Virus genome (UHGV): UHGV-0042229
Strand: one strand, 5' to 3'
DNA length: 64,000 nt
Source of the DNA: a virus
The position numbers and the translations under genes were made by a program. The notes under the pieces are model-generated. The model was not told the DNA's origin. It made no database searches and worked only from the letters and a program-made list of their open reading frames with translations. Below are positions 40,526-49,909 of the stretch, piece by piece; positions within the stretch are counted from its first letter, which is position 1; every line of letters begins with the position of its first letter.

Positions 40526-41722
40526 ATGAGTGATTCCAGCCAGCTTCACAAGGTTGCTCAAAGAGCAAATAGAATGCTCAATGTTCTGACTGAACAAGTA
40601 CAGTTGCAAAAGGATGAGCTACACGCGAACGAGTTTTACCAGGTCTATGCGAAAGCGGCACTGGCAAAATTGCCTCTACTGACTCGTGCGAACGTTGACT
40701 ATGCCGTAAGTGAAATGGAAGAAAAGGGTTATGTTTTCGATAAACGCCCTGCTGGCTCTTCAATGAAATATGCGATGTCAATTCAGAACATCATTGACAT
40801 ATATGAACATCGCGGAGTGCCAAAATACCGGGATCGCTACAGCGAAGCGTATGTGATTTTCATCTCCAATCTTAAAGGCGGTGTGTCAAAAACTGTATCG
40901 ACGGTTTCTCTGGCGCATGCAATGCGTGCCCACCCTCATCTTCTGATGGAAGATTTAAGGATTCTGGTTATTGACCTTGATCCGCAATCTTCAGCAACGA
41001 TGTTTTTAAGCCATAAACACTCTATTGGTATCGTAAACGCAACATCTGCACAGGCTATGTTGCAGAATGTAAGCCGTGAAGAGCTGTTAGAGGAGTTTAT
41101 TGTTCCTTCTGTTGTACCTGGGGTTGACGTTATGCCTGCGTCGATTGACGATGCCTTTATTGCATCCGATTGGAGAGAGCTGTGCAATGAGCATCTACCG
41201 GGTCAGAACATCCATGCTGTCCTGAAAGAGAATGTGATTGATAAGCTGAAGAGCGATTATGACTTTATCCTCGTTGATAGTGGTCCTCACCTTGACGCCT
41301 TCCTGAAAAATGCTTTGGCCTCGGCCAATATACTGTTTACACCTCTGCCGCCTGCAACGGTTGATTTCCACTCATCGCTTAAATACGTTGCCCGCCTTCC
41401 TGAGTTGGTGAAACTCATTTCGGATGAAGGCTGCGAGTGTCAGCTTGCAACTAACATTGGTTTTATGTCCAAGTTGAGTAACAAGGCAGACCATAAGTAT
41501 TGCCATAGCCTGGCTAAAGAAGTGTTCGGTGGGGATATGCTTGATGTTGTCCTCCCTCGCCTTGACGGTTTTGAACGCTGCGGCGAGTCTTTTGACACTG
41601 TTATTTCAGCTAACCCGGCAACGTATGTTGGTAGTGCTGATGCATTGAAGAACGCGCGAATTGCTGCGGAAGATTTTGCTAAAGCAGTTTTTGACCGTAT
41701 TGAATTTATCAGATCTAACTGA
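40526..41722 (+). CDS. parA: Partition ATPase ParA (398 aa)
   Basis: Starts MSDSSQLHKVAQRANRMLNVLTEQVQLQKDELHANEFYQVYAKAAL...; Walker A ISNLKGGVSKT; recognised as P1 ParA. Confidence 0.95.
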   Translation: MSDSSQLHKVAQRANRMLNVLTEQVQLQKDELHANEFYQVYAKAALAKLPLLTRANVDYAVSEMEEKGYVFDKRPAGSSMKYAMSIQNIIDIYEHRGVPKYRDRYSEAYVIFISNLKGGVSKTVSTVSLAHAMRAHPHLLMEDLRILVIDLDPQSSATMFLSHKHSIGIVNATSAQAMLQNVSREELLEEFIVPSVVPGVDVMPASIDDAFIASDWRELCNEHLPGQNIHAVLKENVIDKLKSDYDFILVDSGPHLDAFLKNALASANILFTPLPPATVDFHSSLKYVARLPELVKLISDEGCECQLATNIGFMSKLSNKADHKYCHSLAKEVFGGDMLDVVLPRLDGFERCGESFDTVISANPATYVGSADALKNARIAAEDFAKAVFDRIEFIRSN

Positions 41723-41738
41723 GGAGTAAGAAACCCCC

Positions 41739-42740
41739 ATGTCAAAGAAAAACAGACCAACAATTGGGCGAACCCTTAATCCTTCAATATTAAGCGGATT
41801 TGATAGTTCTTCAGCCTCTGGCGATCGAGTCGAGCAGGTATTCAAGTTATCAACTGGTCGCCAGGCCACATTTATTGAAGAGGTAATACCTCCGAACCAG
41901 GTAGAAAGCGATACCTTTGTTGATCAGCATAACAACGGGCGTGACCAGGCATCTCTTACGCCAAAATCATTAAAAAGTATCCGAAGCACTATTAAGCATC
42001 AGCAATTTTACCCTGCAATAGGTGTCAGACGGGCTACAGGGAAAATTGAAATTTTGGATGGTTCCCGGCGTCGAGCTTCTGCCATCTTAGAGAACGTAGG
42101 GTTGCGGGTTTTAGTCACGGACCAGGAGATCAGCGTTCAGGAAGCGCAAAATTTAGCGAAAGACGTTCAGACAGCATTGCAGCACAGCATTCGAGAAATA
42201 GGTCTGCGTTTGATGCGAATGAAAAATGATGGGATGAGTCAGAAGGATATTGCAGCCAAAGAAGGGCTGTCTCAGGCGAAGGTCACGCGTGCTCTCCAGG
42301 CAGCGAGTGCTCCGGAAGAATTAGTCGCCCTTTTCCCTGTGCAGTCGGAATTAACCTTTTCGGACTACAAAACGCTTTGTGCTGTTGGCGACGAAATGGG
42401 GAACAAGAATTTAGAGTTTGATCAGCTTATTCAAAACATATCCCCGGAAATAAACGACATCTTATCCATTGAAGAAATGGCCGAAGATGAAGTTAAAAAT
42501 AAAATCCTGCGCTTGATAACAAAGGAAGCCTCACTACTCACGGATAAAGGTTCTAAAGATAAGTCCGTAGTTACTGAATTATGGAAATTTGAGGACAAGG
42601 ATCGCTTTGCAAGGAAGCGCGTGAAAGGCCGTGCATTTTCTTATGAGTTTAATCGACTTTCAAAAGAGCTACAGGAAGAACTCGACAGGATGATTGGGCA
42701 TATCCTTAGAAAGAGCCTCGATAAAAAGCCGAAGCCTTAA
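41739..42740 (+). CDS. parB: Centromere-binding protein ParB (333 aa)
   Basis: 333-aa ORF downstream of parA followed by parS boxes. Confidence 0.93.
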   Translation: MSKKNRPTIGRTLNPSILSGFDSSSASGDRVEQVFKLSTGRQATFIEEVIPPNQVESDTFVDQHNNGRDQASLTPKSLKSIRSTIKHQQFYPAIGVRRATGKIEILDGSRRRASAILENVGLRVLVTDQEISVQEAQNLAKDVQTALQHSIREIGLRLMRMKNDGMSQKDIAAKEGLSQAKVTRALQAASAPEELVALFPVQSELTFSDYKTLCAVGDEMGNKNLEFDQLIQNISPEINDILSIEEMAEDEVKNKILRLITKEASLLTDKGSKDKSVVTELWKFEDKDRFARKRVKGRAFSYEFNRLSKELQEELDRMIGHILRKSLDKKPKP

Positions 42741-42743
42741 ACT

Positions 42744-42830
42744 TTCGCCATTTAAATTTCACTATTAACCTACTGTTTTTAAAGTAAATCCCTCTAAAAT
42801 TTCAAGGTGAAATCGCCACGATTTCACCTT
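42744..42830. other. parS: parS centromere (boxA heptamers / boxB hexamers)
   Basis: TCGCCA at 42746 and 42813; ATTTCAC / ATTTCAA / inverted GTGAAAT at 42756, 42799, 42806, 42822 around an AT-rich IHF-like region. Confidence 0.7.
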
Positions 42831-42890
42831 GGATTTTACCTTCCTCCCCTACTCCCGAAAAAAATAAAAAAATTGCTTGTCACGAGAAAG

Positions 42891-42914
42891 TCAACAAGTG
42901 ACTTTCAATAAAAT
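42891..42914 (+). promoter_or_regulatory. Late-promoter-like motif upstream of the head/tail operon
   Basis: tcaacaagtgac-tttcaa-TAAAAT; box has internal inverted repeat aagtca/tgactt. Confidence 0.5.
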
Positions 42915-42965
42915 CTCTTCCGAAAAGGGATTCACACAAGTGCCTTGTGTTTAAGGAAGAGTAAA

Positions 42966-44672
42966 TTGAGTAACTTACGCGAATACCAGAATCGTATTGC
43001 AGATATCGCAAAACGCTCTAAAGCTGTGCTTGGCTGGGCAAGCACTGCGCAGTTCGGTACTGATAACCAATTCATTAAAGATGATGCCGCGCGTGCCGCA
43101 TCTATCCTTGAAGCTGCACGTAAAGACCCGGTTTTTGCGGGTATCTCTGATAATGCCACCGCTCAAATCGCTACAGCGTGGGCAAGTGCACTGGCTGACT
43201 ACGCCGCAGCACATAAATCTATGCCGCGTCCGGAAATTCTGGCCTCCTGCCACCAGACGCTGGAAAACTGCCTGATTGAGTCCACCCGCAATAGCATGGA
43301 TGCCACTAATAAAGCGATGCTGGAATCCGTCGCAGCAGAGATGATGAGCGTTTCTGACGGTGTTATGCGTCTGCCTTTATTCCTCGCGATGATCCTGCCT
43401 GTTCAGTTGGGGGCCGCTACCGCTGATGCGTGTACCTTCATTCCGGTTACGCGTGACCAGTCAGACATCTATGAAGTCTTTAACGTGGCAGGTTCCTCTT
43501 TTGGTTCTTATGCTGCTGGTGATGTTCTGGACATGCAATCCGTCGGGGTGTACAGCCAGTTACGCCGCCGCTATGTGCTGGTGGCAAGCTCCGATGGCAC
43601 CAGCAAAACCGCAACCTTCAAGATGGAAGACTTCGAAGGCCAGAATGTACCAATCCGAAAAGGTCGCACTAACATCTACGTTAACCGTATTAAGTCTGTT
43701 GTTGATAACGGTTCCGGCAGCCTACTTCACTCGTTTACTAATGCTGCTGGTGAGCAAATCACTGTTACCTGCTCTCTGAACTACAACATTGGTCAGATTG
43801 CCCTGTCGTTCTCCAAAGCGCCGGATAAAGGCACTGAGATCGCAATTGAGACGGAAATCAATATTGAAGCCGCTCCTGAGCTGATCCCGCTGATCAACCA
43901 CGAAATGAAGAAATACACCCTGTTCCCAAGTCAGTTCGTTATCGCGGCTGAGCACACGGTACAGGCGGCGTATGAAGCACAGCGTGAATTTGGTCTGGAC
44001 CTGGGGTCCCTACAGTTCCGCACCCTGAAGGAATACCTGTCTCATGAACAGGATATGCTGCGTCTTCGCATCATGATCTGGCGCACTCTTGCGACCGACA
44101 CCTTTGACATCGCTCTGCCGGTTAACCAGTCCTTTGATGTATGGGCAACCATCATTCGTGGCAAATTCCAGACTGTATATCGCGACATTATTGAGCGCGT
44201 TAAATCTTCTGGTGCGATGGGGATGTTTGCTGGTGCTGATGCAGCATCTTTCTTCAAACAGTTGCCGAAGGATTTCTTCCAGCCAGCCGAAGACTATATC
44301 CAGACTCCGTATGTTCACTACATCGGTACCCTGTTCGGTAACGTGAAAGTGTACGAAGTACCTGCTGGTATTTGTAAGAACTTAACGACAGAGAACATTC
44401 AGTTCAGCTCGATGGATGTGCTGTGCTACGTCCGTGATGAAAATCCGGGTAAAGCAGGCTTCGTGACTGGTGATGCTGTCCCGGCCATCCCGTTCCAGCA
44501 TCCGACCACTCCGGCGCTGGTCAACCGTACCACGCTGTGGGGTTCGGCTATCAACGATATGCACCCACGCAACGGCGCTGATTACTTCACTCGTGTAACG
44601 CTGACAATGGCCAAAAAAGGCGGGCTTAACTTCATAAGCGGCGACACGATTGATGCCGGTGACTCTGAGTAA
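42966..44672 (+). CDS. Putative major head protein, gene 23-like (569 aa from TTG; track ORF starts at 42945)
   Basis: Large late ORF adjacent to parS as P1 gene 23; AGGAAG RBS 5 nt before TTG at 42966. Confidence 0.55.
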   Translation: MSNLREYQNRIADIAKRSKAVLGWASTAQFGTDNQFIKDDAARAASILEAARKDPVFAGISDNATAQIATAWASALADYAAAHKSMPRPEILASCHQTLENCLIESTRNSMDATNKAMLESVAAEMMSVSDGVMRLPLFLAMILPVQLGAATADACTFIPVTRDQSDIYEVFNVAGSSFGSYAAGDVLDMQSVGVYSQLRRRYVLVASSDGTSKTATFKMEDFEGQNVPIRKGRTNIYVNRIKSVVDNGSGSLLHSFTNAAGEQITVTCSLNYNIGQIALSFSKAPDKGTEIAIETEINIEAAPELIPLINHEMKKYTLFPSQFVIAAEHTVQAAYEAQREFGLDLGSLQFRTLKEYLSHEQDMLRLRIMIWRTLATDTFDIALPVNQSFDVWATIIRGKFQTVYRDIIERVKSSGAMGMFAGADAASFFKQLPKDFFQPAEDYIQTPYVHYIGTLFGNVKVYEVPAGICKNLTTENIQFSSMDVLCYVRDENPGKAGFVTGDAVPAIPFQHPTTPALVNRTTLWGSAINDMHPRNGADYFTRVTLTMAKKGGLNFISGDTIDAGDSE

Positions 44673-44732
44673 TCAGGGGAAGTTCTCCGTTTAACATAGC
44701 GCCCCCGTGCGGGGCGCATAACAGGGAAAGTT

Positions 44733-46322
44733 ATGTCTCAATATTCAATTCAACAGTCATTAGGTAATGCATCCGGCGTCGCGGTTAGCCCGATCAATGC
44801 CGATGCGACGTTATCTACCGGTGTTGCATTAAATAGCAGCTTGTGGGCTGGTATTGGCGTATTTGCGCGTGGCAAGCCGTTTACTGTTCTGGCGGTTACT
44901 GAGTCCAATTACGAAGATGTTCTCGGCGAACCGCTGAAGCCGTCTTCCGGCTCACAGTTCGAACCAATTCGTCATGTGTACGAAGCTATTCAGCAAACGT
45001 CTGGTTATGTTGTTCGTGCTGTTCCGGATGATGCGAAGTTCCCGATTATTATGTTCGATGAATCAGGCGAACCGGCTTACAGTGCGTTGCCATACGGTTC
45101 TGAAATTGAACTTGATAGTGGCGAAGCCTTTGCTATCTACGTTGATGATGGTGATCCGTGTATTTCACCTACCCGTGAGTTAACCATCGAAACGGCAACA
45201 GCGGATAGCGCGGGTAATGAACGCTTCCTCTTAAAACTGACCCAGACGACTTCGCTCGGCGTGGTAACGACCCTGGAGACACACACTGTATCTTTGGCGG
45301 AAGAAGCGAAAGATGACATGGGCCGCTTGTGTTATCTGCCTACGGCTCTGGAAGCCCGTTCTAAATATCTGCGCGCGGTTGTTAATGAAGAGCTGATTTC
45401 GACGGCGAAAGTAACAAATAAAAAATCGCTGGCGTTCACTGGTGGTACCAACGGTGATCAGTCGAAAATCTCAACCGCTGCGTACCTACGTGCGGTTAAA
45501 GTGCTGAATAATGCGCCGTACATGTACACCGCTGTTCTTGGCCTGGGCTGCTATGACAATGCGGCTATCACCGCATTAGGTAAAATCTGTGCAGATCGCC
45601 TGATTGATGGCTTCTTTGATGTCAAACCGACATTGACGTACACGGAAGCGATCTCTGCTGTTGAAGATACCGGTTTACTTGGTACCGATTATGTAAGCTG
45701 TGCTGTCTATCACTTCCCGTTCTCCTGCAAAGACAAATGGACCCAATCCCGTGTGGTCTTCGGTCTGTCTGGCGCGGCGTATGCGGCGAAAGCTCGCGGC
45801 GTCAAGAAAAACTCTGATGTCGGCGGTTGGCATTACTCACCGGCTGGTGAAGAACGTGCCGTCATTGCTCGTGCGTCAATTCAACCGCTGTATCCGGAAG
45901 ATACCCCGGACGAAGAAGCAATGGTCAAGGGCCGTCTCAATAAAGTATCTGTTGGCACCTCTGGCCAGATGATCATCGACGATGCTTTAACTTGCTGCAC
46001 GCAGGATAACTATCTGCACTTCCAGCACGTCCCATCCCTGATGAATGCAATCAGCCGTTTCTTTGTCCAGTTAGCCCGACAGATGAAGCATAGCCCGGAC
46101 GGTATTACTGCGGCTGGCCTGACTAAAGGGATGACCAAACTTTTAGATCGCTTTGTCGCCTCCGGCGCTCTGGTGGCTCCTCGTGATCCTGATGCTGACG
46201 GTACAGAACCGTATGTGCTGAAAGTTACGCAGGCGGAATTCGATAAATGGGAAGTAGTCTGGGCCTGCTGCCCGACTGGCGTAGCCCGTCGTATCCAGGG
46301 CGTACCGCTGCTTATTAAGTAA
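44733..46322 (+). CDS. Putative tail sheath protein, gene 22-like (529 aa)
   Basis: Second large late ORF; size and position consistent with contractile-tail sheath; GC-rich hairpin 44699-44717 upstream. Confidence 0.5.
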   Translation: MSQYSIQQSLGNASGVAVSPINADATLSTGVALNSSLWAGIGVFARGKPFTVLAVTESNYEDVLGEPLKPSSGSQFEPIRHVYEAIQQTSGYVVRAVPDDAKFPIIMFDESGEPAYSALPYGSEIELDSGEAFAIYVDDGDPCISPTRELTIETATADSAGNERFLLKLTQTTSLGVVTTLETHTVSLAEEAKDDMGRLCYLPTALEARSKYLRAVVNEELISTAKVTNKKSLAFTGGTNGDQSKISTAAYLRAVKVLNNAPYMYTAVLGLGCYDNAAITALGKICADRLIDGFFDVKPTLTYTEAISAVEDTGLLGTDYVSCAVYHFPFSCKDKWTQSRVVFGLSGAAYAAKARGVKKNSDVGGWHYSPAGEERAVIARASIQPLYPEDTPDEEAMVKGRLNKVSVGTSGQMIIDDALTCCTQDNYLHFQHVPSLMNAISRFFVQLARQMKHSPDGITAAGLTKGMTKLLDRFVASGALVAPRDPDADGTEPYVLKVTQAEFDKWEVVWACCPTGVARRIQGVPLLIK

Positions 46323-46331
46323 GGGAATACA

Positions 46332-47147
46332 ATGAGCAAAAACTTTTTTCAATCCGGGGCATTTTTGGGGAATGGACTGTCCCGTTTCGCTTTGAACTCT
46401 GATCCTGTGCAGCTGATGGAGTCTGCCCGAGCAAGCGCCGAACCGCCAACAGATCCGGTTATTAATAATAATCCGGAACCGGCGGCACAGACTAACGATA
46501 ACGTTCCATCTGCCCCGGCTCCTGAGCAAATCCTGGAAGGGAAAGACGGTAAAGAATGGACCGTCGAACAGGCGCACCAGATGATTCTGGAAGCTGCAAA
46601 TCGAAGTGCTATGCAGAATGCGTTGAGTGATGCGGCCGACGCCGTTTTCGCCTGGGCTGATAGCGGTGATCTGACTTTCGACTCCCTTGATGGTTTCGTT
46701 CAGGCTATCGCTGGTATCTCTGATGACGACGACGCCGAAGTTACAGAAGAACAGGACGATGCCTATAACGAAGCATGGGCAAATGTTGCTGACTTCCTCG
46801 CAGCATGCGGTGTAGATGATGACCTGATCGAAGCACTGGCTGACGATGAAGACGACGACGCAGCCGCTGATGTTGGTGCCTCTATCGCTGGTTTAGATAG
46901 CGACGACCGTGACGAACTGGAAGCGGCGTTTGTTGTAGCTGGCACTTCTGATGAAATGCTGACTGAAGCATTTAAGAAGGTTGTTCGTAACGGTGAGATC
47001 AAACTCATCCGTAAACGCCTGCGTAAAAAACGTCTGACTGCGGCTCAAAAATCGGCGCTGAAAAAAGCGCGTCGAAAAGCCCAGACCGGCGCGGCAAAAC
47101 TTGCCCGCAAAAAGTCAATGAAACTGCGCCGTAAGCGCCTTGGCTAA
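46332..47147 (+). CDS. Hypothetical acidic protein with basic C-terminal tail (271 aa)
   Basis: Asp/Glu-rich core, K/R-rich C-terminus (RKRLRKKRLTAAQKSALKKARRKAQ...). Confidence 0.5.
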   Translation: MSKNFFQSGAFLGNGLSRFALNSDPVQLMESARASAEPPTDPVINNNPEPAAQTNDNVPSAPAPEQILEGKDGKEWTVEQAHQMILEAANRSAMQNALSDAADAVFAWADSGDLTFDSLDGFVQAIAGISDDDDAEVTEEQDDAYNEAWANVADFLAACGVDDDLIEALADDEDDDAAADVGASIAGLDSDDRDELEAAFVVAGTSDEMLTEAFKKVVRNGEIKLIRKRLRKKRLTAAQKSALKKARRKAQTGAAKLARKKSMKLRRKRLG

Positions 47148-47182
47148 AGGAGGAGGCCGGAGAACTCCGGCCTTTAACTTGA

Positions 47183-47764
47183 ATGGCACCTATACCTTAT
47201 GGGGTTTACAGCCAGGCTGACGGTGTATCGCCATTTCTGAAAGTTACTTTAACGAACTCTCAGTACCAGGTTACCGGATATATCAGCCAGGGGGCAGCAA
47301 TGAATATGGCCCAGAATTGGGAAGCGCCGTTTACCGGTATGTCCATGGGGTCTGTTGCTGGTGCTTTCAGTGGTTTTGCGCAGGTTGGTACTGAAACAAC
47401 GTCGGTGGCCCGTTGGAACAGCTTAATGGTTTGGGAGGGGGGAACACCGCCGACTTTCACGCTGCCAGTAACTTTCATCGCTTTGTTTGACCCATTCACG
47501 GAGGTTTCAGGAGCTATCGCCGCATTGTCAGCGATGATTAGCCCGGAACTTAAAGATGCCAGTATTGGTGGTCGAATCCCGGAGCGTGTGACGCTAAACA
47601 TTGGTCGCCGGATCAACATCATTGATGTCGCTATCCAGGACATAAGTTTCGATCTCGATGCGCCCAGGGACAGCAATGGGCATTTCCTGAAAAACACCGT
47701 CAACCTCCAGTTGACCGGTTCTTCGATATATAACAGCTCCGATATTGTTCGGGCGTTCCAGTAA
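47183..47764 (+). CDS. Hypothetical structural protein (193 aa)
   Basis: ORF track; late operon context. Confidence 0.5.
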   Translation: MAPIPYGVYSQADGVSPFLKVTLTNSQYQVTGYISQGAAMNMAQNWEAPFTGMSMGSVAGAFSGFAQVGTETTSVARWNSLMVWEGGTPPTFTLPVTFIALFDPFTEVSGAIAALSAMISPELKDASIGGRIPERVTLNIGRRINIIDVAIQDISFDLDAPRDSNGHFLKNTVNLQLTGSSIYNSSDIVRAFQ

Positions 47765-47775
47765 AAGGATTTTAT

Positions 47776-48285
47776 ATGGGGCACAATAACACTAAGGGAA
47801 ACCGTAAATTTATTAAGGGCCGCTATACTGCCAACGCGGCCAAAGGCGAACGACTGGTATCTTCTGAATTCCAGCTCACTTTTGCAGGCCATGAAGATAT
47901 CAGCGTACTGGTTCGCACGTCGCAAATTCCTGAAATGACCCGCGAGGATGTGGAGGACTATGGTCCGAATGGTGTGAAGTTCAACCAGCACGGACCAATT
48001 CGAAACTCTGGGGAAATCCAGGTCCAGTGCGTGGAGACTATCGAAGGCGATATTCTTCAGTTCATCAAGGATCGCATTGCGGCGAAGGACTATGTTGATA
48101 TCACGATGGCTGCTACCCCTGAATCCAAATCTTCCGGGGTTAACGCTGTAACAAAAGCTGCTACAACAATTGAAATGTTGGACTGCAAAATCTACAGTGA
48201 TGCAATCGACTTTAGTACCGAAGATGTGACTGCCGCTGTGCGCCCGTCACTTCGTATCGTCTACAACTGGATTGAGTGGGATTAA
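47776..48285 (+). CDS. Putative tail tube or baseplate protein (169 aa)
   Basis: ORF track; last gene before strong terminator; assignment weak. Confidence 0.4.
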   Translation: MGHNNTKGNRKFIKGRYTANAAKGERLVSSEFQLTFAGHEDISVLVRTSQIPEMTREDVEDYGPNGVKFNQHGPIRNSGEIQVQCVETIEGDILQFIKDRIAAKDYVDITMAATPESKSSGVNAVTKAATTIEMLDCKIYSDAIDFSTEDVTAAVRPSLRIVYNWIEWD

Positions 48286-48304
48286 GAGTCATCCCTTGTA
48301 TTTT

Positions 48305-48328
48305 AAAGCTCCTTCGGGAGCTTTTTTA
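48305..48328 (+). terminator. Rho-independent terminator ending the head/tail operon
   Basis: aaagctcc-ttcg-ggagcttt followed by tttttatt. Confidence 0.8.
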
Positions 48329-48401
48329 TTTGGAGATGAAAGGGTGCATTGAGGATACCTGACACACTAAGAGTGGCGGAGATCTCTCCCCGCCAGGTCT
48401 C

Positions 48402-48557
48402 TTACCTTTCAGATTCGTAGGCTGTGAAGACAGTGACCTCCGTCTGGCCGGTTCGGATTCGTACCTCGCAGAGGTCTTTCCTCGTTACCAGTGCCGTCAC
48501 AATGACGGTTAAACAGATGACGATCAGAGCGATTAACATCGCTTTTTGCTGCTTCAT
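48402..48557 (-). CDS. Hok/Gef-family type I toxin (51 aa)
   Basis: MKQQKAMLIALIVICLTVIVTALVTRKDLCEVRIRTGQTEVTVFTAYESER, near-identical in pattern to E. coli Gef (MKQHKAMIVALIVICITAVVAALVTRKDLCEVHIRTGQTEVAVFTAYESE). Confidence 0.75.
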   Translation of the reverse strand: MKQQKAMLIALIVICLTVIVTALVTRKDLCEVRIRTGQTEVTVFTAYESER

Positions 48558-48615
48558 AGCCTGCTTCTCCTTGACCTTTTGGTCGGTAAGAGGCTAATCT
48601 ACGTATGCTAAGCAT
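48409..48615 (-). CDS. mok-like overlapping reading frame (68 aa)
   Basis: Track ORF in a different frame covering almost all of the hok-like gene, as mok does in hok/sok loci. Confidence 0.4.
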   Translation of the reverse strand: MLSIRRLASYRPKGQGEAGYEAAKSDVNRSDRHLFNRHCDGTGNEERPLRGTNPNRPDGGHCLHSLRI

Positions 48616-48738
48616 AGATATGGCCTCAGATTAATGTTAAGCGTCTTGCAGGACGCGTAATGTTATCTGGGGCTTTCTTCTATCTGCTTTTCGGGTAATG
48701 CCTGAAGCAGATAGCCTCAAGCACCCGCAACGATTGTA

Positions 48739-48984
48739 TCAATGTCTGGCTTTTTTTCTATAGAAATCACCTGGAAGGGTGAATATCCACATCAGAAGAA
48801 ATGTTGCAGCAAACATGATCCCTAATGGCCAGACCGCGCCAAAGAAAATCCATACTAAGATCTCCTCTGCTCGTTCTTTGCGGTCGATATCGACAAGCAT
48901 TTTTCGGCTGATCATGTATACACAGAAGCCAATACAAACATATCCTGCAAAAGCGATCGCTAACTGTAAAAAATTAGATTGCAT
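48739..48984 (-). CDS. Small membrane protein (81 aa from internal ATG) downstream of repL
   Basis: Track ORF 48739-49065 trimmed to avoid overlap with repL; two predicted TM helices. Confidence 0.35.
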   Translation of the reverse strand: MQSNFLQLAIAFAGYVCIGFCVYMISRKMLVDIDRKERAEEILVWIFFGAVWPLGIMFAATFLLMWIFTLPGDFYRKKARH

Positions 48985-49034
48985 CTCCGACCTCAAACTG
49001 AAAACGCCAGGTGACTCCAGATTAGAGCAATCTA

Positions 49035-49880
49035 TCACCCTCTGAATCCTGCCGGTATACCCCATTGTTCGTTATCTTTATTTTTGGCTAAAACCGCATT
49101 AAGAGCTTCGTTTACCGTCATGCAATGCGGCAGATTATCGAAGTTTGATATCCCGCCAATATCAGGAGAACGCTTGTCCTTCAGGTAAGCATATTTCCGC
49201 GCTGCCGCCTCTACTTTCTGCTTGAACTCATGTTTTTGAGCGCGTTTTTTGGATAACCGCAGATTGTCAGCCTTTGCTTTTGCCTCAGCGATCCATGAAG
49301 TCAATTTTTTGAGTCTGGTCGTTCCGGCACCGCCGGAAACTGATCTTTTTGTTTTTTTAACTTGTGACTTCTTATTCTTTATTGCCACGTCATCCTGACA
49401 GGGGGAGGGGGTATCATTTTGACATGGGGGTGTGGATAAAAAATTAAATAAAGCCAATGTCTTAGCGAGAACAGCTTTAACCTTGGTTGCCGCTGAAGAG
49501 ATCTTTAATTTGCTTTCAATCAGCGCATTTTTGGCTTGTTGTGCGAAGGCCAAAAAGGATGGTGTAAACCGGTACAGGTTAGCGCGACGTTCACGGTGAT
49601 CGCCGATAACAATCTCTACAGACAGAATTCCTTTGTTTACAGCTTCACGGAATGCACGAACGACGGTTGATTGGCTATAACCAGTTTCTGCCGCGATCAG
49701 GCGGTGAGGCTTGTGAATGAAGTATTCACTGGTTGTTGCCGCTAGATTTGCACATTGCGACAGGATATGCCCGGCGCTACGGGATAGACCGGAGTGTGTT
49801 ACAAAGCAGGCCAATTCATAGCCAGAAAAAGTAAAATCGCTCATCGTTATACAGCTCAGGAAAGTGACTTTAGCCAGCAT
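49035..49880 (-). CDS. repL: Lytic replication initiator RepL (281 aa)
   Basis: 281-aa ORF downstream of kilA in an operon with an upstream C1 operator; size and order as P1 kilA-repL. Confidence 0.88.
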   Translation of the reverse strand: MLAKVTFLSCITMSDFTFSGYELACFVTHSGLSRSAGHILSQCANLAATTSEYFIHKPHRLIAAETGYSQSTVVRAFREAVNKGILSVEIVIGDHRERRANLYRFTPSFLAFAQQAKNALIESKLKISSAATKVKAVLAKTLALFNFLSTPPCQNDTPSPCQDDVAIKNKKSQVKKTKRSVSGGAGTTRLKKLTSWIAEAKAKADNLRLSKKRAQKHEFKQKVEAAARKYAYLKDKRSPDIGGISNFDNLPHCMTVNEALNAVLAKNKDNEQWGIPAGFRG

Positions 49881-49909
49881 TACAATGCTGGTGGTTCTTA
49901 CTACGTCTG

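Noticed and set aside
49015-49031. Possible C1 operator (ccagattagagcaatct) at the 3' end of repL
   Set aside because: Only 11/17 match, limited to the ATTAGAGCAAT core, and no adjacent promoter-like hexamers.
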